DNA of 64,000 nucleotides, from UHGV virus genome UHGV-0132893, one strand, 5' to 3'. Origin of the DNA: a virus. Positions 52,564-61,885 of the stretch are shown one piece after another. Made by a program: the position numbers and the translations under genes. Under the pieces are notes generated by a model, which was not told where the DNA came from, did not search any database, and worked only from the letters and a program-made list of their open reading frames with translations. The number at the start of each line of letters is the position of its first letter. The stretch's first letter is position 1.

Positions 52564-53979
52564 TTACCAGATGTAACGGTCAATCATTACTGCTTTGAGC
52601 ATTACGCTGATTGGGTCAAACTTCTCACCACCAAGCAGAGCTTTTAAAGTGGCTGGAGAGAAACCTGATACCATTGCTACACCGTTGTCCTTAACAGATA
52701 CTTCGCAAGTACCATTACGGTTTGCTAAGTACCAGAATACCAGTTGTGGCATCTCATATCCAGCTTTTTTGTACTTACTGCGAATTTCTTCAAAGTTTGT
52801 ACGACCATTTGCACCATCAACCTGATTGAACTCCATATCAGAGAAGATGATAAGCTTACTTGGCATATCTTTCTGAGTCAAGTTGTTTCTCTTACCTGTC
52901 TCAAGAATACGGTCAAAAGCTGCTTGTAAGTTAGTTGAGCCATATTCAACATGACGCATCACCTGACGATGACGGTTTTTCAAATCACCACTCAGTTCAA
53001 TGAAATGAGGGTTTGTTGAATAGACCATTAACTCGTCCTTAAAGCATCCTGTGTTGCGTTCTGCTACATACAAGGCAAGAGATACACCAATATCAAGAGC
53101 AGTGATTGAACCAAGATTTACCCAAGACATCGAGCTTGAGACATCAGTCATACATAAGATGTTTTCACCTTCTGCCATCCAGTTTGGTAGTGCTTTCCAC
53201 TGCTCATTCGCAACATCTGCATTACCATACTTGATAGACTTAATCACATCGTATGGGTAAACAGCACCAGCGTTAATCTTAGTCTCACCTTTTGATAAGG
53301 ACTCAATGTAAGCTTTGTAGCGTTCTCCATCTTTACGGTTAAAGAGTTTTTGGTAACGTGCAGCAGCGAGTGAAGGAATCTTGCTGTAGTCAATCTTACC
53401 GAACTCATTAGCAGAGATTTTTTGCTCAACCGTATCAGAAAGTGCAGACAACAGTGTGCGGTACTCTTTCTCACTCAAGTTGGAAAACTTGCAGAAACGT
53501 TTTACAAACTGTTTGTGTCGTGGTTTTACTCGTGGTAACCACTTGGCTGCTAAACCTGCTGTTTCAGGGTCTAGTAATGCTGCTTCTAAATGCTTAAAGG
53601 CATCTGTCTCAAAACGAGTACCTACAAAGATTTTGAAGTCATCAAAACGACCAAGTTCTGCAATCTTATCCATAATACGAAGAACCTGTGTAGGCTCTAA
53701 AACTTTGTCTTCGATTGCTTGAAGTAAAACAGTTCTGAAGGCTTTACGCTCACCCATACCTTCTCGTACATCTCGCATATGCAGCAAAATACGAACTGCA
53801 ACATCAACATCTTCACGCAAAGCTTTGTAGAACAAGTCTGGTAAGATTTCTACATTGCTACGGCTTGAACCAGCAGCTTTGTAAAAGTCTACAAGAGCAG
53901 ACATTGATGAAGTATGGTTTACAGCACCATTTTCAGTTCGACCTGCATGAAGGTGCGCATGTTTAAATAATTCGCTCAT
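52564..53979 (-). CDS. von Willebrand factor A (vWA) domain protein
   Basis: C-terminal half has MIDAS DxSxS motif (MTDVSSSM); 471 aa; adjacent to tRNA array. Confidence 0.6.
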   Translation of the reverse strand: MSELFKHAHLHAGRTENGAVNHTSSMSALVDFYKAAGSSRSNVEILPDLFYKALREDVDVAVRILLHMRDVREGMGERKAFRTVLLQAIEDKVLEPTQVLRIMDKIAELGRFDDFKIFVGTRFETDAFKHLEAALLDPETAGLAAKWLPRVKPRHKQFVKRFCKFSNLSEKEYRTLLSALSDTVEQKISANEFGKIDYSKIPSLAAARYQKLFNRKDGERYKAYIESLSKGETKINAGAVYPYDVIKSIKYGNADVANEQWKALPNWMAEGENILCMTDVSSSMSWVNLGSITALDIGVSLALYVAERNTGCFKDELMVYSTNPHFIELSGDLKNRHRQVMRHVEYGSTNLQAAFDRILETGKRNNLTQKDMPSKLIIFSDMEFNQVDGANGRTNFEEIRSKYKKAGYEMPQLVFWYLANRNGTCEVSVKDNGVAMVSGFSPATLKALLGGEKFDPISVMLKAVMIDRYIW

Positions 53980-54060
53980 ATTTTACTCTCTTCTCTCATT
54001 TGTTGGTTGATGTGACAGACTTTATAGCAACTTTGTAGAGTCTGTCAACACCTTTTAAAA

Positions 54061-54432
54061 TTATTTTTTGAGAGTCGCTACAGCAGAGAACGTTGGTTTG
54101 TTATCTGTCTGAGGTTGACCACCGTTATCAGGGGTCTTCTTAGTGTCTGCTGCAATTGCTTTCATCTCACCTGCTGAGTGAGTCATGATAGTTTTACCAG
54201 CTTCCATCATCGACTTCAGGTTTACATCGTCAGTCGTTAAACCGAACTCTGCAAGCTTAGCAGCGTCCCTTGTAACAATCGCCTCAAACAACTTTGCAGC
54301 AAACTCAGCAGAATTATCAATGGTTAGTTGAGCTTTTACGAGAGAGCTTTTGTTACGTGAGCCTTTCGGTCTTCCAGATGGGTTTCCAGACTGGCCTTTT
54401 TTAAACTGGCCTTTGTTTGTTCTGTTTTTCAT
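54061..54432 (-). CDS. hypothetical basic protein with GNPSGRPKG motif
   Basis: 123 aa; N-terminal KGQSGNPSGRPKGSRNK. Confidence 0.45.
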   Translation of the reverse strand: MKNRTNKGQFKKGQSGNPSGRPKGSRNKSSLVKAQLTIDNSAEFAAKLFEAIVTRDAAKLAEFGLTTDDVNLKSMMEAGKTIMTHSAGEMKAIAADTKKTPDNGGQPQTDNKPTFSAVATLKK

Positions 54433-54682
54433 TGGTATGCCTCTTATAAGACCTCTTAAAAGGCTTTTAAGATAAAAGATAGATATCCAGAAAGATATCT
54501 GTTTAAATAGCCTTTTTAGAGGAACCTTTTAAGTTATCTTCTAAGTATTTATAAGCCTACACCTTGTCAAGTACTTTGTCAACAACTTTTTTTAACTTGC
54601 AATAGTTCTTGACTTGTTGTATGGATTACTGTACCATCTTACTTAAAGCTGTAGGTCTGCCTTGTTCTACAAAGGAGACTTA

Positions 54683-54844
54683 ATGAGAAAATCAAATAAA
54701 CCGAAGAAAGGTAAGAATACCAATCACTGTAAGGAATCAAAAAGGGTAGAGTTAATCTACTATTCATCCTCTGAAATTGGTCTGTACCTGTTCTTTCAAA
54801 ATTACAGAAGACAAGAGGATTATCTATGTGTAGTTCCCAATTAG
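54683..54844 (+). CDS. hypothetical small basic protein
   Basis: ORF track 54662; ATG 54683 follows AAGGAGA SD. Confidence 0.3.
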   Translation: MRKSNKPKKGKNTNHCKESKRVELIYYSSSEIGLYLFFQNYRRQEDYLCVVPN

Positions 54845-55059
54845 AAATCGCAGATATTATAGATTTATATCAAACTGCAAAGAGTCATGGCTATATAACC
54901 TCAATTGGAAAGAATAGTCACTATGATGCTTTGACTGGAATGTATTTCAGGGCAATGGCTCAATCTAGTGAACAACACTTAATGGTTTCTTCCAGTGAGT
55001 TTACTTCGTTTCTCTATTGCAGCAAAATTATAAATCGCAGGAGAACTGAAAAATGTTAA
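54826..55059 (+). CDS. hypothetical protein
   Basis: 77-aa ORF. Confidence 0.3.
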   Translation: MCSSQLEIADIIDLYQTAKSHGYITSIGKNSHYDALTGMYFRAMAQSSEQHLMVSSSEFTSFLYCSKIINRRRTEKC

Positions 55060-55643
55060 CAGTAAGTTTTAATTACAATAGTGATGGCTCTGTATCAATT
55101 AATTCACCATATGCAAATGACCTACTTAAAGAGTTAGTCAATCAGTGTGATAGAGGTCTTCACTATGTTCAAAATTCTTTTAAACAGAAGACTATTGCTA
55201 ATAACTTGATGCGTGTAACAGTAACGGCATCGAATCCAAATTATGACTTTGATAGTGAAAGTCCGTATTCATTAGTTGCGCTTGGAGAGAGCAGCCAATT
55301 CAAACTTGTTTGCCACGACTCAGAAACATTCCTTAAGGTATTTTCCAACCTTATCCATAATAATAAGTACAGCTACGTTGATGGTAGTGTAAATTTCTAT
55401 CCAGCAAACTATACATGTTTGTTGGTTGATAATATGAGAAAAAGTAAGCAAGAGCCTACGGAAATTTCATTTGATGTGAACTCTAGTCCAGACGCAGAAA
55501 CAAGTAAGAACTTTGATATGAGTTACGCATTGTCACTCAGTAAGAAATCCGAGTTCATTGATTATGTCAATGGATTTGGTTTTAAGTTTGATGAGAGTAT
55601 GAATCTTAAAAAACTTAAGAACCTACTTAAGACCAAAGCTTAA
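55053..55643 (+). CDS. hypothetical protein
   Basis: 196-aa ORF. Confidence 0.45.
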   Translation: MLTVSFNYNSDGSVSINSPYANDLLKELVNQCDRGLHYVQNSFKQKTIANNLMRVTVTASNPNYDFDSESPYSLVALGESSQFKLVCHDSETFLKVFSNLIHNNKYSYVDGSVNFYPANYTCLLVDNMRKSKQEPTEISFDVNSSPDAETSKNFDMSYALSLSKKSEFIDYVNGFGFKFDESMNLKKLKNLLKTKA

Positions 55644-55690
55644 GTGTGAATAGGGGCTTATGCCCCTTTAACTATTTATAAGGATATTTA

Positions 55691-56062
55691 ATGAAAGCTA
55701 AGAGTGCAAAAGACTTTTATTGCTTCCTACAATCCTATATCAATTCCGTGCAAAATGGTGAAAGGTACAACCTTAATGATGTTATCCCAACACCTTTGAC
55801 ATGGAGACTCAGTAAATGGCCTGAAGAAGATATTACACCAACAATCGAACAATGCACCTACAAACCCGAAATCAATATTCCAGACTCTGAGAATCTATTA
55901 TATCCAATGTTCCATATTGTTGGTCTTGGAAGATTCCTTATGGATATCCAGTATGTAATTGGTAAAGGTTATAAGGTTAAAGGTATTGTTGTTGGTGATG
56001 TATCTCCGAATCGCAAAGGTTATTTTAGACTAAACGCACATTTAGAGGCTGAAAAGAAATGA
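55691..56062 (+). CDS. hypothetical protein, paralog of N-terminal domain of next gene
   Basis: shares KDF..F...I..V..G.RY...WPE.DI...YKP...LLY...F.MD.QY.I..G pattern with ORF 56059. Confidence 0.45.
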   Translation: MKAKSAKDFYCFLQSYINSVQNGERYNLNDVIPTPLTWRLSKWPEEDITPTIEQCTYKPEINIPDSENLLYPMFHIVGLGRFLMDIQYVIGKGYKVKGIVVGDVSPNRKGYFRLNAHLEAEKK

Positions 56063-56943
56063 TTAAAGCAAAGACTTACCCAGACTTCAAAGAGTTTGTG
56101 AAGGGCTTCATTGCAAACGTAAAGGCTGGTAAGAGGTATGATTTTAGAACATATCAAGAGGCTATTTTACCACTTACCTATAGCTCGTATTGGCCTGAAG
56201 CTGATATTGCAGAAGTTGAGAAGTTTGACTATAAACCAGACTATAAAGTTCCTTTTAGTGATGAACTCCTTTACAGTGTTGGTGCACAGATGAGAACTGC
56301 TGATTTCTTCATGGATTTGCAGTATGCAATCATCAATGGTAAAGATGTTGACACTATTTACTGTGAATGGTTGGCAAGAGTTAAGCCGTTCTCAATGTTG
56401 AATGCTAAGCTGAAGGATGCTATCAAGCCACCAGCAATTACTCAGCAACCAACAGGTCAAACAGTCAATGAGGGTGGCACACTTACCCTAAGCATTCTAG
56501 CAACTAACGCCACTGGGTATCAGTGGAAGAAGGATGGTGAGGATATCCCTAGTGCCAATTCTGCAACTTACACAAAACAGTCAGTAGCACCTTCTGATGC
56601 TGGTTCATACACTTGTGTTGTATCTGGAGAGGGTGGAACAAGTGTTACCTCAGATGCAGCAACAGTGACTGTGAATGCACTTCCAGTAATCACTCAACAG
56701 CCAACCAATCAAGAAATCACTGAAGGTGAAACCTTAACGCTGAATGTTGTGGCAACAGGTGCGACAGGTTACCAGTGGAAGAAAGGTGAGGAAGACATCC
56801 TCGATGCAACTACTGCAACTTACACCAAAGAAGGTGCAACCGCTGCTGATTCAGGAAGCTACACCTGTGTAGTGACTGGTGCAGGTGGTTCTGTAACGTC
56901 TAATGCTGCAACAGTTACTGTTAACCCAGCAGGGGAGGCATAA
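56059..56943 (+). CDS. protein with two tandem Ig-like domains
   Basis: two ~85-aa repeats (ITQQPT...TGYQWKK...SGSYTCVV...ATVTVN), immunoglobulin-like signature. Confidence 0.55.
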   Translation: MIKAKTYPDFKEFVKGFIANVKAGKRYDFRTYQEAILPLTYSSYWPEADIAEVEKFDYKPDYKVPFSDELLYSVGAQMRTADFFMDLQYAIINGKDVDTIYCEWLARVKPFSMLNAKLKDAIKPPAITQQPTGQTVNEGGTLTLSILATNATGYQWKKDGEDIPSANSATYTKQSVAPSDAGSYTCVVSGEGGTSVTSDAATVTVNALPVITQQPTNQEITEGETLTLNVVATGATGYQWKKGEEDILDATTATYTKEGATAADSGSYTCVVTGAGGSVTSNAATVTVNPAGEA

Positions 56944-57407
56944 TGCAACTCTCAAGAAAAGGTTTAGAAGCTATTAAGTTCTTCGAAGGTCTGGAGTTAG
57001 AGGCTTACGAAGACTCTGCCGGAATCCCAACAATCGGGTATGGTACAATCCGTATTGACGGAAAACCTGTTAAGATGGGAATGAAAATCACCGCTGAACA
57101 AGCTGAACAGTATCTTCTCGCGGATGTTGAGAAGTTTGTTGCAGCAGTGAACAAAGCTATCAAGGTTCCAACTACTCAGAATGAGTTCGATGCACTTGTA
57201 AGTGAAACATACAACATCGGTATCACAGCTATGCAGGATTCCACATTTATCAAGCGCCACAATGCTGGTAATAAGGTAGGTTGTGCAGAAGCTATGCAGT
57301 GGTGGAACAAGGTTACAGTCAAAGGTAAGAAGGTCACTTCAAACGGTCTGAAAAACAGACGTAGAATGGAAGCTGACATTTATCTTGACAGTGTATACCC
57401 AAAGTAA
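56943..57407 (+). CDS. endolysin, GH24 lysozyme (T4 lysozyme / lambda R family)
   Basis: FEGLELEAYEDSAGIPTIGYGT catalytic E/D/T pattern. Confidence 0.8.
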   Translation: MQLSRKGLEAIKFFEGLELEAYEDSAGIPTIGYGTIRIDGKPVKMGMKITAEQAEQYLLADVEKFVAAVNKAIKVPTTQNEFDALVSETYNIGITAMQDSTFIKRHNAGNKVGCAEAMQWWNKVTVKGKKVTSNGLKNRRRMEADIYLDSVYPK

Positions 57408-57416
57408 TATCTTCAT

Positions 57417-57440
57417 AGGCTCCTTCGGGAGCCTTTTTTA
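57417..57440 (+). terminator. rho-independent terminator after lysozyme
   Basis: aggctcc-ttcg-ggagcct then TTTTTT. Confidence 0.55.
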
Positions 57441-57458
57441 TTTTCTAAGGAGAAAACT

Positions 57459-57857
57459 ATGAAACTTTGGGCTAGTGACTTTGGAACTTTTAAGTACACT
57501 CGTAATGGCTCGCTTGTACGCATTGTCGGGAACAATGTGGTTTCAAGAGGTGACAAGGTATATACACGGTTTACTGTAGAGCTTGTTGAGCTGTCACCTA
57601 TTGAGTCTGTGAACAATGGCCTGTTCAAGTTTGAGACTTACAATGTCAACGAACATGGACAATTCAACCCTCTTGGTGAAAGTGGACTTGATATTATTTC
57701 AGAGCACCCATTGACAAAAGAGCAACTCGCAAGTTATTATAAAACTGTTCTGGAAAGGCAGTTAGCAACACATGAACAAGAAGCTAACTATCATTTACAA
57801 CATTGCGAAGCTTTAAGAGCAAAAATAGAACAAGCAGAGAGAGGTTTTTATGAATAA
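57459..57857 (+). CDS. hypothetical protein (3' third lies in tandem repeat copy 1)
   Basis: 132-aa ORF. Confidence 0.45.
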   Translation: MKLWASDFGTFKYTRNGSLVRIVGNNVVSRGDKVYTRFTVELVELSPIESVNNGLFKFETYNVNEHGQFNPLGESGLDIISEHPLTKEQLASYYKTVLERQLATHEQEANYHLQHCEALRAKIEQAERGFYE

Positions 57858-58493
57858 AGAGATTCAAGTAAAAGTTGACACCTTTGGCCATGATGGTCGA
57901 GAAGATGCTGGACTTGCTGACGCAGTGATTTTTGAGTGTAATGGAAATATTAGTCTTCGCTTTACAGGCTCAGGTAGCACCCTTCGCAGAATGCGAGATG
58001 ATGCAGATGGTTGCCCTGTATTTGGCTGGTATGACATGGAGTTTCCTCTTTACGCCATCCATTATCCAGATGGTGGAGAAGACTGGACAACTCAATCAAT
58101 CCGCGATGAGCTTAATGGCATTCCAGTTGAGCAAGAAGAGCAAGAGCCTGTTGAACTCACATTCACTTTTATCAAAGAAGAGAAAGTTGGTGATTTGTCT
58201 GTAACTGAAGCAATTCAAGTCTCACAGGTTATTCGTTAATGAGTAAAGTACAGGTTGTTTTCCCTATTTGTGACTTCTCACTAGAGCGTGAACTTGACCT
58301 GTACGAAGAAATTACTGACGAAATCATCTGGTCTGTTGTAGAAGAGGCTATCAAGAAACTGTATGGTGGCCTCTTAAACCCATCAAGTAAAAAGCTCAAT
58401 ACTAAACAAGTAGCTGATACGTACACTTCATACGATGCCTACAACAAACCTTTTGAGAATACCTGCTTTGACCTTATGGTAGGCAATAATAAA
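57645..58493. repeat. 849-bp tandem direct repeat, copy 1
   Basis: identical to 58494-59342; bounded by 6-bp microhomology gtcaac. Confidence 0.75.
57850..58239 (+). CDS. hypothetical acidic protein (copy 1 of duplicated gene)
   Basis: 129 aa, identical to ORF 58699..59088. Confidence 0.45.
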   Translation: MNKEIQVKVDTFGHDGREDAGLADAVIFECNGNISLRFTGSGSTLRRMRDDADGCPVFGWYDMEFPLYAIHYPDGGEDWTTQSIRDELNGIPVEQEEQEPVELTFTFIKEEKVGDLSVTEAIQVSQVIR

Positions 58494-58706
58494 GTCAACG
58501 AACATGGACAATTCAACCCTCTTGGTGAAAGTGGACTTGATATTATTTCAGAGCACCCATTGACAAAAGAGCAACTCGCAAGTTATTATAAAACTGTTCT
58601 GGAAAGGCAGTTAGCAACACATGAACAAGAAGCTAACTATCATTTACAACATTGCGAAGCTTTAAGAGCAAAAATAGAACAAGCAGAGAGAGGTTTTTAT
58701 GAATAA
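58239..58706 (+). CDS. chimeric ORF created by the tandem duplication
   Basis: N-terminal 85 aa identical to ORF 59088..59381, C-terminal ~68 aa identical to end of ORF 57459..57857. Confidence 0.4.
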   Translation: MSKVQVVFPICDFSLERELDLYEEITDEIIWSVVEEAIKKLYGGLLNPSSKKLNTKQVADTYTSYDAYNKPFENTCFDLMVGNNKVNEHGQFNPLGESGLDIISEHPLTKEQLASYYKTVLERQLATHEQEANYHLQHCEALRAKIEQAERGFYE

Positions 58707-59342
58707 AGAGATTCAAGTAAAAGTTGACACCTTTGGCCATGATGGTCGAGAAGATGCTGGACTTGCTGACGCAGTGATTTTTGAGTGTAATGGAAATATT
58801 AGTCTTCGCTTTACAGGCTCAGGTAGCACCCTTCGCAGAATGCGAGATGATGCAGATGGTTGCCCTGTATTTGGCTGGTATGACATGGAGTTTCCTCTTT
58901 ACGCCATCCATTATCCAGATGGTGGAGAAGACTGGACAACTCAATCAATCCGCGATGAGCTTAATGGCATTCCAGTTGAGCAAGAAGAGCAAGAGCCTGT
59001 TGAACTCACATTCACTTTTATCAAAGAAGAGAAAGTTGGTGATTTGTCTGTAACTGAAGCAATTCAAGTCTCACAGGTTATTCGTTAATGAGTAAAGTAC
59101 AGGTTGTTTTCCCTATTTGTGACTTCTCACTAGAGCGTGAACTTGACCTGTACGAAGAAATTACTGACGAAATCATCTGGTCTGTTGTAGAAGAGGCTAT
59201 CAAGAAACTGTATGGTGGCCTCTTAAACCCATCAAGTAAAAAGCTCAATACTAAACAAGTAGCTGATACGTACACTTCATACGATGCCTACAACAAACCT
59301 TTTGAGAATACCTGCTTTGACCTTATGGTAGGCAATAATAAA
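58494..59342. repeat. 849-bp tandem direct repeat, copy 2
   Basis: identical to 57645-58493. Confidence 0.75.
58699..59088 (+). CDS. hypothetical acidic protein (copy 2)
   Basis: identical to ORF 57850..58239. Confidence 0.45.
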   Translation: MNKEIQVKVDTFGHDGREDAGLADAVIFECNGNISLRFTGSGSTLRRMRDDADGCPVFGWYDMEFPLYAIHYPDGGEDWTTQSIRDELNGIPVEQEEQEPVELTFTFIKEEKVGDLSVTEAIQVSQVIR

Positions 59343-59381
59343 GTCAACTATTTCTTCGTCAGGGAGTTTAACGATGAGTAA
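59088..59381 (+). CDS. hypothetical protein (5' part in repeat copy 2)
   Basis: 97-aa ORF. Confidence 0.45.
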   Translation: MSKVQVVFPICDFSLERELDLYEEITDEIIWSVVEEAIKKLYGGLLNPSSKKLNTKQVADTYTSYDAYNKPFENTCFDLMVGNNKVNYFFVREFNDE

Positions 59382-59718
59382 GCTCCATGTCACAGTGTAC
59401 AAAAACTTCTCAGATATTAAAGAGTCTTTAACCAATAAGCTTGACATGCAACGGAAAAGACTCTTTTTAATGTATGACATTGATAACTACAACCACCCTA
59501 GAGAGTTTAACTACAAGGATGGTACAAAGGTTGTTGAATTTGAAGATTCTGTAACAGTGTATGTCAAACATGACTTACCAGCAAAGTACATAGGGATGTT
59601 AGAGTATTACATATTTAAGCATACAGGTATGCGTGGTGAGTCTGTCAAGATATCTTCTATAGAAGTTTTTGAGAAACCTAACACACAACTTAAAAAGTAT
59701 TTAATGAGGAAACTATAA
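59374..59718 (+). CDS. hypothetical protein
   Basis: 114-aa ORF. Confidence 0.45.
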   Translation: MSKLHVTVYKNFSDIKESLTNKLDMQRKRLFLMYDIDNYNHPREFNYKDGTKVVEFEDSVTVYVKHDLPAKYIGMLEYYIFKHTGMRGESVKISSIEVFEKPNTQLKKYLMRKL

Positions 59719-60299
59719 TGTCAGAAGAACATGAGCACATCCAACCAGAAGTTACATTAGTCAAACATTTCGGGAATGTAGAAGGCTGTGTAGCACTTTT
59801 TCAGACCAACATTAACTCTCCAGTCAAACTGTGCAAATTGACGATAAACACCAACAACATCAGTGTATGTGTGAATGAAGAAGTTCAATACTTCAAATTC
59901 AATGACAAAGAGGTCGATGCTGCACTATTGAAATATAGAGCAAATCTTGAAAAAGATATTGACCATAAAGAGGTGGTGAGTCTCTTTGCAGACCTTCATA
60001 AGCTTCTTGATAAGGTTGAAAAAAGAACATACTACATGAATAATGGTTCTATCATTACCACTATGATTTCGCCATGTATCTCTGAGCCAATCTTCACAGA
60101 TGACGGTGCTTACTACATTGTAGCTTCAGCGGTATCTGATTGGTGGTTAAAGAACAACGCCCTTAAAACAGTGATTGATGCTATCAGAGAGCACATTCCG
60201 ACATTCAGCCCGTGGAAGGGTAAAGGTGATGAATTTATCGCACTATTGAGTGAAGAGAGCAATAAGCGCAGTGCATTACTGCCTAAAAAATACTCTTGA
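59718..60299 (+). CDS. hypothetical protein
   Basis: 193-aa ORF. Confidence 0.45.
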   Translation: MSEEHEHIQPEVTLVKHFGNVEGCVALFQTNINSPVKLCKLTINTNNISVCVNEEVQYFKFNDKEVDAALLKYRANLEKDIDHKEVVSLFADLHKLLDKVEKRTYYMNNGSIITTMISPCISEPIFTDDGAYYIVASAVSDWWLKNNALKTVIDAIREHIPTFSPWKGKGDEFIALLSEESNKRSALLPKKYS

Positions 60300-60382
60300 C
60301 CGAATATACAACATTAACTATGATGGGAGCTATCGAGAGGTAGTTCCCTTTTTAGTTTCTTGAGAAGATACGTGGTGAAAGA

Positions 60383-60601
60383 ATGAAAAAACTAACTACA
60401 GTTGAAGATTACTACAAACTGTCCCTATTAGAGCAGTATCGTAGAAGTCAGAACATCAGAAAATGCTATGGTAGACATACTGAAGGTGATTTTTACCATT
60501 GTTACAATGCAGATTTAAAAGGTGTAACACCTAGAGGGAAAGTCCTGCAAAGACTTGTTGACCTTGAGTGGAACAAACGATTGAGAGGGATTGAAAAATG
60601 A
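60383..60601 (+). CDS. hypothetical protein
   Basis: 72-aa ORF. Confidence 0.4.
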   Translation: MKKLTTVEDYYKLSLLEQYRRSQNIRKCYGRHTEGDFYHCYNADLKGVTPRGKVLQRLVDLEWNKRLRGIEK

Positions 60602-61101
60602 TTTACGAAGAAAGATATAAGATAGATTATCAGGACACTCGCCATCATACTTCTTTGAAAGTAACCAAACCAAATGGAGATACTGGTATCATAGCACATT
60701 TCGGTGGTGATTATTGGTATGGTACAGGTTGCTTTGAAGGCTACACTCAAGAATACTTGAAAGCTTTCTACAGAGACTTTACAAATGACTACAACAGGGT
60801 TGTTGACGAAAAGAATAAGTGCATTAAGCATGAACACCATGCTAGAGGATGCCTAAGTATTGTTATGGTACTGGCGTTCTTCTTAGCAATGCTACTGGCA
60901 GTATCAGCAATTAGCTGCATAGCTCAAGATTTGACAATTACACAGATTACTGCAAAGGTATATGATGTTTGGTACTTGTATGCTGTCCCTTTAGTTGGTA
61001 TCATCATCTCACTAATGAGATTCAGAGTTCATAAGAAACGACTTAAGGACTCTGAGGTTAAACTTGAAGAGGTAAGTAAAGAATGCAACCTACAATTATA
61101 G
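60598..61101 (+). CDS. membrane protein (two predicted TM helices)
   Basis: LSIVMVLAFFLAMLLAVSAISCIA and YAVPLVGIIISLM hydrophobic segments. Confidence 0.45.
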   Translation: MIYEERYKIDYQDTRHHTSLKVTKPNGDTGIIAHFGGDYWYGTGCFEGYTQEYLKAFYRDFTNDYNRVVDEKNKCIKHEHHARGCLSIVMVLAFFLAMLLAVSAISCIAQDLTITQITAKVYDVWYLYAVPLVGIIISLMRFRVHKKRLKDSEVKLEEVSKECNLQL

Positions 61102-61177
61102 CTGTATGTGTTCGTTTTGCAATCGCTGAAATGATTAACAAGGCAATCTTGAAAGATGCTTATGGAGAAACTAAGTA

Positions 61178-61402
61178 ATGACTAAGACACCTGTACCAAT
61201 TTTTGGATTTCCATCTATTGAAGAGTTCAAAGTCTATCTTGACAAAAACTTCTACAATGAGCAGCCTGTTACTTTACTGAAGAGTGACTTATCAGAGCTT
61301 CTTGATATGGTTATTAAGGCAACTTCTGAGAAGGAGCCTGAGCAGAAAGCTGAGAAGAAGACTAGTAAGAAATCCGACAAGAAGACTGAAAAGTCTGAGT
61401 AA
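61178..61402 (+). CDS. hypothetical protein with Lys-rich C-terminus
   Basis: 74-aa ORF. Confidence 0.4.
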   Translation: MTKTPVPIFGFPSIEEFKVYLDKNFYNEQPVTLLKSDLSELLDMVIKATSEKEPEQKAEKKTSKKSDKKTEKSE

Positions 61403-61456
61403 TAACTTGAGGGGTTACTTGATAGCCCCTTTGTAGAAACTTAGAAGGTAGAGAAT

Positions 61457-61885
61457 ATGCAAATCATAGCTGGTCAAGAACTTGACATCGTAGATGCAAA
61501 AACACAGGAGTACATCGCAACAGTGAAGGTTATAGGAGTCAGGGAGTGGAATACTGAATACCCAATTCAATGCCTTGTGCTGGAGAAGTTTAAAGCTAAT
61601 GGTGTACACTTTTACCACGGTGACTACATCAGCTTTAACAAAGATGGTTACTGGCATGGTAGTGACCACCCTCAAGCAAATGAGTTTGATATGCGTCTAG
61701 CAATACCACAAAAAGATAACCAACAAAACGTAAAAGATATCCTTGTAGAAGCCTATGAAGAAGGTATAATAGATGTTGTGCATGATGTTGAAAAAGCTTT
61801 AAAGCTTGTTATGCCACATTTAGAGTCTGGAAAGCTGACTTTAGAGATGCTTAATAGGGTTATTCGGAGAGCTTATGAAAATTAA
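61457..61885 (+). CDS. hypothetical protein
   Basis: 142-aa ORF. Confidence 0.45.
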   Translation: MQIIAGQELDIVDAKTQEYIATVKVIGVREWNTEYPIQCLVLEKFKANGVHFYHGDYISFNKDGYWHGSDHPQANEFDMRLAIPQKDNQQNVKDILVEAYEEGIIDVVHDVEKALKLVMPHLESGKLTLEMLNRVIRRAYEN

